Under the pieces are notes generated by a model, which saw nothing but the letters and a program-made list of their open reading frames with translations, was not told where the DNA came from and ran no database searches. A stretch of 64,000 nt of DNA from Parasitella parasitica NRRL 2501 (lineage: Eukaryota; Fungi; Mucoromycota), in NCBI GenBank assembly GCA_025201805.1, contig MU619311.1, positions 14,567 to 78,566 of the forward strand, read 5' to 3'. Shown in pieces: positions 52,436 to 64,000 of the stretch; the first letter of the stretch is position 1, and every line of letters begins with the position of its first letter. Both the position numbers and the translations under genes were made by a program.

Positions 52436-53209
52436 GTTATAGTGTATATTTATATTTAAGAAAGAAAGAGAGAGAGAGAGAGAGGAAGACGATTGAAATG
52501 TGAAAGGGGTATTTATAGTTGTCGTATGGTGCAGTATTTGCGTCTGTGAGTAATTGTTGTTGTTGGGGGTGCTAGAACACAGGTGCACATGTAATATTAT
52601 ACGATAATTGCAGTTGTAACTGTATTATTTACCTGGTATAGCACTGATATTCATTCAGATTACATGAAACATCCAGTCTTTTGCTTGATTTGGTACGGTT
52701 GGAATGGTCTACTTTCCATCAAATATAGTAATAAATATGTCCTTATTTTGTACTTGGTTGTTTTGTCAATGCGATATCCCTTCTCTTTGAGTCATTAATT
52801 GACTAGAACCAATCCTATTTTCTTTAGTTATGAAGAATCATAAGCTGCCAAATGTCATATTCAAGAGAAAAAAAAAGGCAGATATGAAGCTAACGATGAT
52901 GGTTTAAGAGCAGGTAGATCGTCCATGTTCATATGTATCCATGATATTTTATGCATCTCCTACGGGTTATTTGTCATAAATTTCATTTTTGCCAAATTGG
53001 TCAATCTATCCCCCCCACACCCATCCCTCTCTTCTTTCATCCCTTACAAAACTATATCGCATATAGTTTTCTTTCAAATTAAACTTGAATTTCCATATGA
53101 CGATTCTCTTGCTATATATACGCATATGTGTATATGTATATAAATATCCACAATGCACCAAGCACATTCAAAAAAGAAGAGGTTATATAAAATGTGCATT
53201 TATTTATTT

Positions 53210-53632
53210 CTACTGCTGTTGTTCTCGCTTATTATGATTGTCTTTACGATTGTTGTTATTCCTTAAGGCTTTCTCTACTTTGATATCTACAGGCTGATCA
53301 AATAATTCAGATTGCATTTTGATAAATTGATCTGTCATTGCTTTTTGGGCATCCGGATTGTTCTTGTATACAACAAATCCATAACGCAGATAATTGAGCG
53401 TCTCAGGGCACTAGTATTTGTCAGCACATCTTGAAATTTCCTTTTGGTGATTTGAAATACTCACTCTCATCACTTTGTATTCCACCATGTCTCCATATTT
53501 ACCCAATGTCTTGAAAACTTCGCGAGCCTGAGCCACACTTGTGATATCTGAAGATAATCGAAAGAAAATACGAGTAGGTGTAATCTTATTTTTTGTTAAT
53601 TGTGTAGCAGCTGTCTTCAATGTAGTGGCCAT
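53210..53632 (-). CDS. Small RRM-like protein, possibly mitochondrial
   Basis: REVFKTLGKYGDMVEYKVMR|CPETLNYLRYGFVVY (RNP1-like); one intron. Confidence 0.65.
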
Positions 53633-54233
53633 GATGATTGTTTAAAAAAAAAAAAAAAAAGTCGAACAAAGGACCCTGGACTGTGTGGGCTATTGGCAGC
53701 TTCCCAACTGTTGTTTCCGTGACGCTGTTAATATAATTTGAATTCTCTTGTCAAGAAAAGTAAAACCATTATGAGGCAAAGGACATGCGTCTAATGAGTC
53801 AATTAAAAGTAAAAATGTTATAAAAGAGAACAATATCTACTGCCTACCTACAATAGAGTACCACATATAACATGTACTATTGAATGCTATTAAAAATCCT
53901 CTAAAAAAAATTATTGATGCAAGGTAAATCCCCTCTCGTTTCCTCCGCGGAAGCATCAATTGATCCGGATCAGATGTATAGCCATCATACAGCGCCTCCA
54001 CCCCCAAAGTTCATTTTCCAACCTGCCAAATTCGCTTTTACATCACCCAAGTTCGAACATTGAAATAACATCCTATCGGAAAAGGTGATCGATGGGATGG
54101 AATCTGCAGTAAATCTTTCTTTTTTTGTTTACAAAAATAAAGGCGCATGTTAGATTTTAGAAACGATTATATCGTATTTATTCGAAAAAAAAAAAAAGAA
54201 GGAAAAAGATTAATTATTATGTAGCAAAATGTA

Positions 54234-55576
54234 TTAAGATCGACTATGAGGTCTTTGTTGTAATGGAGAGGACGAAAACGTACGGGATTGGTTTGCAGGC
54301 GGGGTAAGTGGATAAATAGGATAGTTGGAAGTTGTATAATCCACCGCCGAAGTTGCAAATGTTCTTTTCGATAGTTGATCTACAAAAGGGATAGGGTTAG
54401 CTTTCAATTTTTCAAAATCTAAAATCTACAAGCAAACAGATGATTTACCCATTAGACTAGGTATAGTACCCAGAGTAGTGTTCCATTCGTTATTGTTATG
54501 ATTGTCCTGTTGTTTAAGGGAGGCTAATGCACTGCGTGCAGAGTTGGGTGGGCTCGGTAGATATTGTTTTTGTTCCATCAAAAAATTTTCCAATTCCTGT
54601 CTTTTACCTCTGGAAGAAGGCGGAGAGATCGGCCACAAGGAAGCAGCTGATGACAGCGTCGATGACGAAGGTGATGAACTGGAGGCTAAAGGATATAGAT
54701 TGATTCCACTTGATAGAGTAGACGATGATGAAGGGGATATGGATAGGTTGAGCATGGAATGTGCTATACTTGTCTGTGAATTGGAAGGTCGCATGATCGA
54801 AACTGGGCTTGTAGTAGTAGACGACGACGCAGCAGTAGCAGATGTGGCAGTGGCAACAGCAGGGGGAAGTGGTGGTGGCGACAATGAACTGAATCTCGTT
54901 GGAGAAGAATAAGGCGAACCTATGAATATGCTAAGGACATGCGCTCATTTAGATCATCAATGCTTCCAAAATACAAACCTCGTCTTTTAATATCATGTTT
55001 GCTGCTCAATTCTAGTTGCTCCTTTGCTACATTGATGCCTTGAACTGAATGGCGGGTAGGCCTGACCTTGTGGTTATTGCTGCTACCAGCTTCACTGGAT
55101 AAAGATGAAGAGGCGGAAAGCGGGCTGGGAGTAAATGCGGTCATCAGTCTCTCGATACGTCTTAGTCTATCTTCGATACGATCCATTGCTTCGCCTGGAG
55201 CCTTGGTGTGGTTGTGCTTGTTTAAATGTCTTCGTTCTGAATGATTCACACATTCAATATGATTAGTGGCACAGAAATTACAAGGACTCCCTCCATCGCA
55301 TTTGGTTTTTCTTCGTCTGCAAGTCTCACAGGCTGATCCGGAACTCAGTCTTCGAGCTGCGTGTGTTGTGAAGACGCCTCGAGAATTGTCCGTAACGACG
55401 CTGTAGACGCACTCTAGCTTTGTTTCTCTACAATGGTTACAGGGCCTTCCAGAGTCGCATACACGGCGCCGCTTTCTACACTGCTCGCAAAATTTTTTCA
55501 TTGAATTTAGTCTACCCGCTGATGCTTTTGGTTGGTCATTTTGGGATGAAGACGAAGAGGGATCAAAAGACATCAT
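54234..55576 (-). CDS. Transcription factor with two tandem Zn(II)2Cys6 clusters
   Basis: CEQCRKRRRVCDSGRPCNHCRETKLEC and CETCRRRKTKCDGGSPCNFCATNHIEC, then coiled coil IEDRLRRIERL and a Ser/Pro-rich tail; two introns. Confidence 0.9.
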
Positions 55577-55769
55577 AGAAATAATATAAAGAGAAGGAAG
55601 AAGAAAGAGAGAAAAATGTGCGACATGCGAATTGTCTATTTTGTGCAAGTGTAAGTGTGAGTATGAGTGTGATTATATCGTATGTGTATGTGTGTTTGTG
55701 CGTATTCCCTCTCCCTTATTTCGGTCGGTACTCACTCCGGACCCGAGTTTGTGTACCTTTTTTTTTTTT

Positions 55770-55854
55770 NNNNNNNNNNNNNNNNNNNNNNNNNNNNNNN
55801 NNNNNNNNNNNNNNNNNNNNNNNNNNNNNNNNNNNNNNNNNNNNNNNNNNNNNN
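55770..55854. other. Assembly gap (N run)
   Basis: Run of N following a poly-T tract. Confidence 1.
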
Positions 55855-55996
55855 CAATGTGATATCGATCCCCACACAGTTCTCTTTAGGTCTAATGACA
55901 CTCTAGAGCATAGCCACTCAGCATACGCAAGACATCTATGCAGTTTCAAACGATACATATTCATTACACTACCAACATATACACACATACACCACA

Positions 55997-55997
55997 C

Positions 55998-56028
<31 letters not shown>

Positions 56029-56032
56029 TACA
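55997..56032 (+). repeat. (CATACA)n microsatellite
   Basis: About six tandem hexamers. Confidence 0.9.
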
Positions 56033-56208
56033 ATGGCTATACAGACGATCCATTTTTATACATTTCAAAAGTGGAATACAAACAAGTTTCTACTGAGATT
56101 TCTTGTCACAGGGTCAAATAATGGAATATTTTTTCCGGTCAATCCGAAGGTAAGACAAGAAATAATCATATCATATATAAATATATACAAAGGTAAATCA
56201 AAGAGGTT

Positions 56209-59200
56209 TTAATATCTTTGTTTTTGTTGTTGTTGATGCTGTGACAGAGCCGAAAAAGATGGAAATGAAACGGGTTTTGCAGTGGATGAGGAGGACATGA
56301 TATTTGTGATCCATTCATGCTTTAAACCTTCCTGCGGCGTCATACGTTTGGACGGATCCCAACACAAACATCGTTCAACGAAATCAATAAACACAACATC
56401 ATGACATTTGAGTGCCTGGAATAACGATCGTGTGCCTGGATATCGTTTTTTTCCTTTAGAATTGGCTGCAATGCGAGGATTCCCCAAAGAATCTATGTGT
56501 TCCTGATATTCAATTTTTGAAGCTCGCTTTGTTTGTTATAATGAGCACTTACCGAAAAATAGCTGTCTTCGAGAGCACCTCTCAATTAAATGTCTATCGG
56601 GCAATCCCATCATCTCCATAATGCAGCTCAATTGTTCTTGCTCATTTTCGCCAGGAAATAATGGCAGGCCAGTATACAGCTCTGCCAAGATACAGCCCAC
56701 ACTCCACATGTCGATGGCTTTGTGATATGAAAGCCCCAAAATGACTTCAGGTGATCTGTAGAATCGGCTTTGTATATAAGTATACACTCTTTCTGATTCA
56801 AAACAGCTGCTGCCAAAGTCAATAACCTTGATAGAGTATTTTGCAGGGTGTTTCAACATGATATTTTCAGGTTTCAAGTCGCAGTGGATAATATTATGCT
56901 TTGCAAGCATGGTGAGTGATTGCAGTATTTGAAAAGTCATTCTATATGCACATATGCACACTGTTAGCCTGATATTCGCTGGATGATATCATTTTCTGTT
57001 GTTATATATGTACCTCTTGATCAGACTCAAACTAAAGCCCTGGAAATGATTAGCCTTGATAAACTCGTACAGGTTCATGGAGAGGCATTCAAACGCAATG
57101 CAAAGGTGGTTTCTGAAATAAAAGTGGTCTGTCATGCGTATTGTGTGAAACTGGTCTTGAGGATCCCACTCCAAGAGCTTCTTGAGGATACTCACCTCTG
57201 TGATGGCTTGGGCATGGAATCTTTTCTTGTTGCGGATAAGTTTGATTGCCACCATTTGTGCTGTCTTGTGATCAAAGCATTTGACAACCTGACCAAATGA
57301 ACCGCGCCCAAGTACATCAATGACTTCGTAACGGTAGGCCAAGTGATCTTGCATCACAATCTTGTAATCTCCTCTTTCATCATCAAATCCGAAGTTGTAA
57401 TCACCTGCACTATGTTTTGTCCGTGCGTGAGGTCCCACAAAGTAAATTTGGCTGTAATCGTGAATCTCAATTCGCTTTTCGTATTCACTCAGATACTGTC
57501 CGTAGTACTTTAGTGCTGTAAATGTGCTTTTGGGCGATCTTGCCCCGTCTGCTACTGGATGAGATGTGCTGTTTATTTTATGATGTGGTTGTTGAAGCTG
57601 ATGATGCTGCGGCTGCTGTGGTTGCTGTAATTGCTGGGGTTGCTGTGGTAACAACTGCTGACTCGCTTGTATTTTCCGTATTGACAATGACGATAAAGTT
57701 GGTGGAGGAGGTGGTGGTGCCTGCTGTGCTGAGCTTACTGCTTGGTGGTTTGTATTTATTTGGCGACAGCTTGCGGCCCTTTTGACCTTGGGAACAATAG
57801 TGCTAGTCTTTGTTGGTGTTGGGATATGGCTTTTTCGTTTAGGTAAGGAGGATTTGTGCTGTAGAGGTTTGATATCGTATTTTAGTCCGCCCAATCCAGG
57901 CGTCTGATGTTTTTTACTAGGCAAAGGATCGTCTTGAGATGCTTTGATCCTGTTGCTTTTACTAGAAGGGGTGGTAGTAGATGTGCTCTGTTGAGGCTGA
58001 ATTAAAGGAGCTGCTGCTGCTGCTGCTACTGCTGCCTTTTTCTGTAGGTTTTCTGGGATTGTCATTTGTATGGGGTTCAATATCATTGGGGGTAACGGCA
58101 TTGCTGGTATGGGTGGTGGTGTGGCCAAACTGCCAGGCAACGTCTAATTGTAGGGCAGTTATAGGAGCTGATTTTTAAGGGAGAACACTACAACATTACG
58201 TACCTTTCCTCGTTTACGTCCGATAGTTTTTGTAGTGGTTATGTTTTGTTGGGAATTGGAATGCGATAATGGCGTGGTTTGCTTTTGTATGGGTGTCTTG
58301 GACTTGGGTGGTGGATATTCTTGCTTTACCTGCTGCATTGGCTCAATAGAATTGATGAACAACGAATGGCGATCCCTCTCCAGTTCCAATTCCTTGATAT
58401 CTTTTTCGATTTCTGCTAAATCCAGTGATAGACTCAATGCGAATGTGGATGCTGATGGAGTCATTTGAATGCTCTTCTCAATGGGCGTAAGAGTAGGTGA
58501 TGTCAATTTGCTATCAGTGTATTTCTGATGGTCTGCTCTACTCGCAGGCCTACTCGAAGTGCCACTACCACTGCCACTCGCTGTGCTATCTTTACTCTTT
58601 TTCTTTCTTACAATCGAGTTGGATCGTGATTTCAGTGCTTGATGTTTTGGAATAGGTGGGACAGCAGGCACTTCTGCTGCATTCAAACTGCTGGCTCGGG
58701 GCGGTGGGGGAGGAGAGTAGGTAAAGGAGCGACTTCGATTATGGCGAGTATAGCCTTGATATTCAGACAACCCGTTATTGCTGGACATAGTTGCAGGTAA
58801 TTTAGGTGGAGGCGACACTGATGGTGGATATAAGATGCTCGAGGATACAGTTTTTCTCGGCTCACGAGTTACTGCAGACACACTGGGCTGTTTATTCGCA
58901 GCAGAGGAGGGGTTCTTTTTGTCCTTGCCAGAGCTCAGTTTTCGTTTGATCTTGGTCATGAATTGCATTGAGGGTTTCCTTTCTGGCAGTCGTGGTTGAT
59001 CATGAAACAAATCTGGATGTTGCGCGGGAGGAGGAGGGGGAGACTTGAGCTTGGTATCTCTCATTGATTTTGTTTTTCTAATTGTAATGGGCTTCTGCAT
59101 GTTGTTGTATTGGTGGAATGTACGCCGATTCGATTTCAAAGGCTTGGTGGGCATGGCTGTGGTTGTTGAGGTTGCGGCTGCTGTTGTTGCGGTCGCTGTG

Positions 59201-59478
59201 GCTCTTTGGTCGTAGGCATCTATCCAGCTTTGCCCTGAAAAGTTCAAGATATCGATGTAAGATGGGACAATAGAGCTTGCTTCTGAATCAGAAGAATTAC
59301 GGGAAGAAGGGGGTATCATTTGTGTCGTCAGCCATTCTGGCTTGCTCGTTGGCTTCGAATGATTTGTATAAAGGCGTGAAGAAGAGACTGTATTGGAGGA
59401 ACGGCTTGTTGTTAATCGTCGTATAGTGGTTGTTTCTCGAGTATTATTAATGACACTGTCTTTTGCAGAGGAAGACAT
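56209..59478 (-). CDS. DYRK-family dual-specificity kinase (class 2 / Pom1-like) with long disordered N-terminus
   Basis: DH box [53 protein letters not shown]. Confidence 0.95.
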
Positions 59479-60096
59479 GTATACGGAAAACTAGACAAGA
59501 AACAAGGGAGAAAGAGAGAGAGAGAGAAAAAAAAAACAAGGTGATAATCATCAAGTTAAAAATAGTTGATTTAAAGGGGCCTCTCTTTTTTTTATGTAAG
59601 CAGATGATAGCAATCTCCTCCAGTCATCACAATAGCTTATGCAGTTGAAATGGAGTCCTGCCTGTTTTACTTGCAGCGTATTTTCACGTCAATGATCGTG
59701 ATGGCTTCCATTGTTCGCTGCACGTGTATGCGTTTGTCCCTTACTACCGTATCTACGCTACAATTAGCAATGGACAAAGCAAGTCATGATCTACATAACC
59801 GCATTGTCCTTTGATCTTAAAGGGCTTTTGGCAACATTGTGTCTATAAAAACGTAGCCGATTTCGGCAGCCTTCCACAGGTTCGTCGGATGAAATATCAA
59901 ACATTTCAGCATGTCCAGCAGCTTAAAGCAACAGCATGCGATGTACCGTATGCTATTAAAAAAAGGGACAAGAGGCATCAGCAATGGTTGAACTCCCGAT
60001 TGCTTTTGCTTTTGCTTTTGCTTTTTTGTTTCTAAGCGTTGCCAAATACCCTCTTTCCCAAGATTGTATCCTTTCCTTCCTCCCTCGTGGATAAAA

Positions 60097-60618
60097 ATGC
60101 ATCAAGACGATCTTTATGAAAAACTCAATGGCTTTTCAATATCTTCCAATGAAGAAAAATTGACCAAAGCATTGGATAGCACTCATATTTCATCGTCCAC
60201 ATCATCATTAGCAAAACCATCTATCTTCAGTCTTCCATCGCAACAACCACAAAATCAATTTACACAACCTCCGCAGCAGCCCATCTACAGTGGAGATATA
60301 CAGAACAAAACTGGTTACATAGAACACAACATGTGCGATTCGGATCCAGCAGCTGCAAACAACTGGAATAGTGGCAAGACCACTAATCAGCATGATAATT
60401 CACAAGACGGCTGGGGCGAGGACCCACCAAGCTATACAGCCATATTACAGGGGACTTACTTTGGATTCAATTCGATTTTAAAACCGTCAGATGCGATTTC
60501 TAATCTGTCACCTCAGCAAACTACTAATGCGCAAGCCTTTAGTCGTTACAAAAACTCACCAGTATCATTCATCTCGGCTGCAAAAGAGGCTACTAGTGAT
60601 AATAATAATAGTCAGTAA
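60097..60618 (+). CDS. Hypothetical protein
   Basis: Open frame from MHQDDLYEK; low complexity, contains PPSY. Confidence 0.55.
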   Translation: MHQDDLYEKLNGFSISSNEEKLTKALDSTHISSSTSSLAKPSIFSLPSQQPQNQFTQPPQQPIYSGDIQNKTGYIEHNMCDSDPAAANNWNSGKTTNQHDNSQDGWGEDPPSYTAILQGTYFGFNSILKPSDAISNLSPQQTTNAQAFSRYKNSPVSFISAAKEATSDNNNSQ

Positions 60619-60726
60619 AAACAAATATTGCCAAAATATTGTTTGCAACAACCATCATAAAGATTGTTTTGCACGATATAGCAGGCTTTGGGTTTCATAA
60701 ACAATGAACAAATCTAAAGATAGTTT

Positions 60727-60728
<2 letters not shown>

Positions 60729-60767
<39 letters not shown>
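60729..60767. repeat. Poly(T) tract (~39 nt)
   Basis: Uninterrupted homopolymer. Confidence 0.9.
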
Positions 60768-60772
<5 letters not shown>

Positions 60773-61640
60773 GAGGGCATTGCAACAATAGTAGCAACAA
60801 AAGCATAAGTTTATTCCGAATCTGTGTTTCCATATTCATGCTTGATCTCAGAATGATTCTTAAAGTTTCTCCATTCCAACAATGCCGACTATGTAAGAAA
60901 AAAAAATAAGCAAAACCATTTGGTGTGGCTCAAAGCGGTTGAATCGGTTAGACATAAATTCTATTAGCATTGTGCAAAACAAGTTTACTAGCAAGTATAA
61001 AGTATGATATTCACTCATTAATTCATTTAATAGAGTTTTCATGACAATCATAATTGCCGTCCTGAAATACTGCGGTTATCCTTTATTTTTAGTGACAATC
61101 AATCTCTATAGATTTGTGATAGCTGGTCTGATGATAAAGTAAGAGTTTTAGGACAAGCAACTATTTAAACATTGGATCACCAATGTACCTACTAGCATGT
61201 TTTAGGAGGTACAGAGTACAATGACGGTATTTGGAATCTGAAATCATAAGCTCGTTTAAAAAGAGACTTCTGCCACATGCATTTATACCAGGTCGATATT
61301 TCATATGTATTTGTATCACTCATTATCCAAACAGAAAGTAATTTATAGTATTAAGGAACTTGTACATCAAATCCAAAGCTCTTAATTTCTCTCATAACCC
61401 CCTTTTCCCTTATGTATACTACAGCAATATATTGGAGACTTGAGTGTAATGAACCTTTTCTTGGTTGCATACTGCATCTCCAAGAGTCATGAGCTGAGCC
61501 ATATCTCATGAAATTATTTGATCGCCCTAAAACAAATATGCTCATTAAATAAGTACATACGCAGAAATTGTCCATGTATAAAAGAGTCGATTAAAGCTGC
61601 AAAGGAGCTTTCTTTTCCTTTGGCAGCTATACAAAAAAAA

Positions 61641-63395
61641 ATGTGTCACCCACATGTAGAATACACTTTACCTGAGGAATTATGGGCCATAATATTTCAG
61701 GAAATTAGACAAGTAGAGGACTTGGCCAGGTTCCGATTAGTCTGTCAACTATGGAATCCTTTAGCCGAGAGAGCACTGTTTGGCCAAGATTTAGATTTAA
61801 CGACGGCAGACAAGATCACCAAATTGCTTTATCACTTGAACAGGAAGCCACATATGGCACGATACATCAAGTTCATGCAATTGTCTGATACCGCCCCTTC
61901 AAATTTACAAAAACGATTACTTGATCGAGCATTGACGCCAAATATCAAATATTTGACAGGTCGAATGAGGGAAAATGTGTTTGGCCATTTGCTAGACATC
62001 CTTCAGCATTCAGCAGAGAAATTCAGCAAACTTCAAGTACTGCCGAATTTTCCTGATCTTTGCAGGAAAAGAAACCCGACTGGAATATTCGTACCAACGA
62101 GCAAATATGGCAAAGTACTCCTCTATTTCAAAGAGACTTTGAAGCAGCTAAGGATACAAATACGCCCATGCGATCTCCCTCAACTTTCAGAGTCTGTCAT
62201 CCTGCGTCTGCACGAATTTCAAAACTTGACTTTTCTCGCTTTGGACCTTCAAATCTACCATCACGATGAGCTTGGAGATTGCCTTGGACTAGACTATATC
62301 CTTAGCAAGTGCCCTACGAGTCTAGAAACCTTACAACTGCATTGGGAACCCAGATTTAATTTCATGGAAAAAGAAGACTTCAAGTCTTGGCTCAAGGGCA
62401 ATAACGTAGAACAAGCCCCAAACCTCCGTGAATTGAAAATCGCCAGAGTTTCAAGGCCTCATTCAGTAGAGTATCTTCTATACAAGTATCCCAATGTCTT
62501 GAAACTAGCTATTGGAAGCCTTAACTGCTTTTCGGACCGTATTGTGGACGAGCTAAAGAATATAAGCCTATTCTTGGTCATAGACCATCTACATGGTCTC
62601 TCGCAATTTTACCTAGAAAACAATAGTATCGATCAATTCACAAATTTTCTTTGCAGCTTCAAGAGTACAACAACAAACACATTGCAAATTTCAAAAGGCC
62701 CCAACAATCTTCCAAAGAAAGAAATGTTTTATGTTGAAAAATCCATCGACACTGGAAGCACATTGTACGGGCTCACAACTTGCCGATACAACCCATTAGG
62801 CCACAAGGAACTTTCATCGCTAACTGGTCTAGTAAGTTCTTTTCGTGTTTGTTACGACAACCACGTTGGACAGCGTCTCGGTGAAGAACTATGTGAATTG
62901 TACAAGATAGTCCCGTTTAATATTTGGAACAATTTAGTTTACCTGGAACTCTCTGGTGATAGAAAGATTAGTCAGGCTATCTTGAATAGAATTGATCATT
63001 CTTCAGTCTCAAATTTGAAGTACTTGACTATAGGTGATTGCTTCTGCCCTGGTGAAGACATTGCTCTATCGTTTCCTCAAATAGAACTTGAAATGGTGTC
63101 TTTTGTTAAACTACCTACTTGCAGAGAAAGATGTCCTCCACGGAAGACCCTCTTGATAACAAAACAAACCAGTGCCTCGCAGGAGTCCTGCTACTTTTTG
63201 ACAGCTGGAACACCCTCTCGTTGTGAACAAATTGACGGACAAATTATATCAGAAGATCATGAAAATGTACCAGTGATTCGTTTTTCTTTTAAATCTTTGA
63301 ACAGGCTATACATTAAGCTTGAAGACCATATATTTGATACGAAAGCTAGCATTGATCCCACTGCCAAGTTTTTCTCTACTCTAAAACAGGATTAA
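61641..63395 (+). CDS. F-box protein with degenerate LRR region, intronless
   Basis: LPEELWAIIFQEI...LARFRLVCQLWNPLA F-box; LxxLxL repeats downstream. Confidence 0.85.
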   Translation: MCHPHVEYTLPEELWAIIFQEIRQVEDLARFRLVCQLWNPLAERALFGQDLDLTTADKITKLLYHLNRKPHMARYIKFMQLSDTAPSNLQKRLLDRALTPNIKYLTGRMRENVFGHLLDILQHSAEKFSKLQVLPNFPDLCRKRNPTGIFVPTSKYGKVLLYFKETLKQLRIQIRPCDLPQLSESVILRLHEFQNLTFLALDLQIYHHDELGDCLGLDYILSKCPTSLETLQLHWEPRFNFMEKEDFKSWLKGNNVEQAPNLRELKIARVSRPHSVEYLLYKYPNVLKLAIGSLNCFSDRIVDELKNISLFLVIDHLHGLSQFYLENNSIDQFTNFLCSFKSTTTNTLQISKGPNNLPKKEMFYVEKSIDTGSTLYGLTTCRYNPLGHKELSSLTGLVSSFRVCYDNHVGQRLGEELCELYKIVPFNIWNNLVYLELSGDRKISQAILNRIDHSSVSNLKYLTIGDCFCPGEDIALSFPQIELEMVSFVKLPTCRERCPPRKTLLITKQTSASQESCYFLTAGTPSRCEQIDGQIISEDHENVPVIRFSFKSLNRLYIKLEDHIFDTKASIDPTAKFFSTLKQD

Positions 63396-64000
63396 TGGCT
63401 AGCAAACTACAGTGTCATTTTTACGACTATTTATGCAAAAACTACTATGACCTTAAAAAAGCTCACTTTACGACGCCCCCCTATGAACATGGTTTAACTT
63501 TATGAAATAAAAAACTTATGCTTTTTCAACTGTTGAATGGTTCTGATTGCGCAAGAGCGCTGCACAATATACGAGATATTCGCTCCAAGTGGATCGTAAG
63601 AGTATTTTTTTTTTAAAAAAAAAATTCAAACTGTTCATGTTTGTTTAAATGGCTATCTTCATTTTGTGATATGTCTCCATTACAACAAGATCCGGGCAGA
63701 TGCATTCATAGACAGATAATTTTTTTTTATATGTGAGTTTCCCATGTGCACAGTTGCAACGCTCAATAAATAGCAAGTAGTAATCCTAAAGCTTCTTTTT
63801 TTTTTATTATTATTATTTATGAATAAAATCAACTGCTATTTTTCTTCATTTCTTCTTGGATTTTACGATGCAAAACACACATGTAATCAACATAGGTTTG
63901 AACTTCAACGTTACGGTCTTCAGACATCCAAGTAGCAAACATAAACTCCAAATTATCCTTTTCTTGTCTAATGACGTGCAAAGCTAAATACCTGGCACGA

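Noticed and set aside
55618-56121. ORFs spanning the N gap
   Set aside because: Artefacts of Ns and microsatellites.
60729-60767. Poly(T) as a retrocopy tail
   Set aside because: No adjacent retroelement or cDNA body and no TSD visible; long homopolymers are common in this window.

Overview
Gene-dense, AT-rich eukaryotic sequence with many short GT-AG introns, almost certainly from a Mucorales fungus (CotH gene, WKNNGNT-type fungal WRKY factor, F-box and Kelch-membrane genes of Mucorales-expanded type); the species cannot be named from sequence alone. About 25 protein-coding genes can be reconstructed: ET-domain protein, gamma-glutamyltranspeptidase, RPL13, WRKY, two Zn2Cys6 factors, secreted metallophosphoesterase, RPF2, PPR protein, RING-variant membrane protein, CEP104, TMEM135, EH-domain protein, GNAT, WD40, CotH, Kelch receptor-like protein, TEA factor, DYRK kinase and F-box protein. 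There is also one tRNA-Asp(GTC) gene and an assembly gap at 55770-55854. Most notable: (1) a nested mobile-element knot at the tRNA-Asp gene, where a LINE RT fragment abuts tRNA base +1, is cut by a probable CACTA terminus with a ~10-bp palindromic subterminal array, and two more same-strand LINE 3' pieces lie just downstream; (2) a ~300-bp-arm inverted repeat at 37799-38616 whose inner ~215 bp are identical; (3) an intronless, bacterial-like YcaC pseudogene beside cotH; (4) a RING-variant gene largely missed by the ORF track whose coding end overlaps CEP104, a ciliary gene kept in a non-flagellated lineage. All family calls come from motif recognition by eye; no searches were run.
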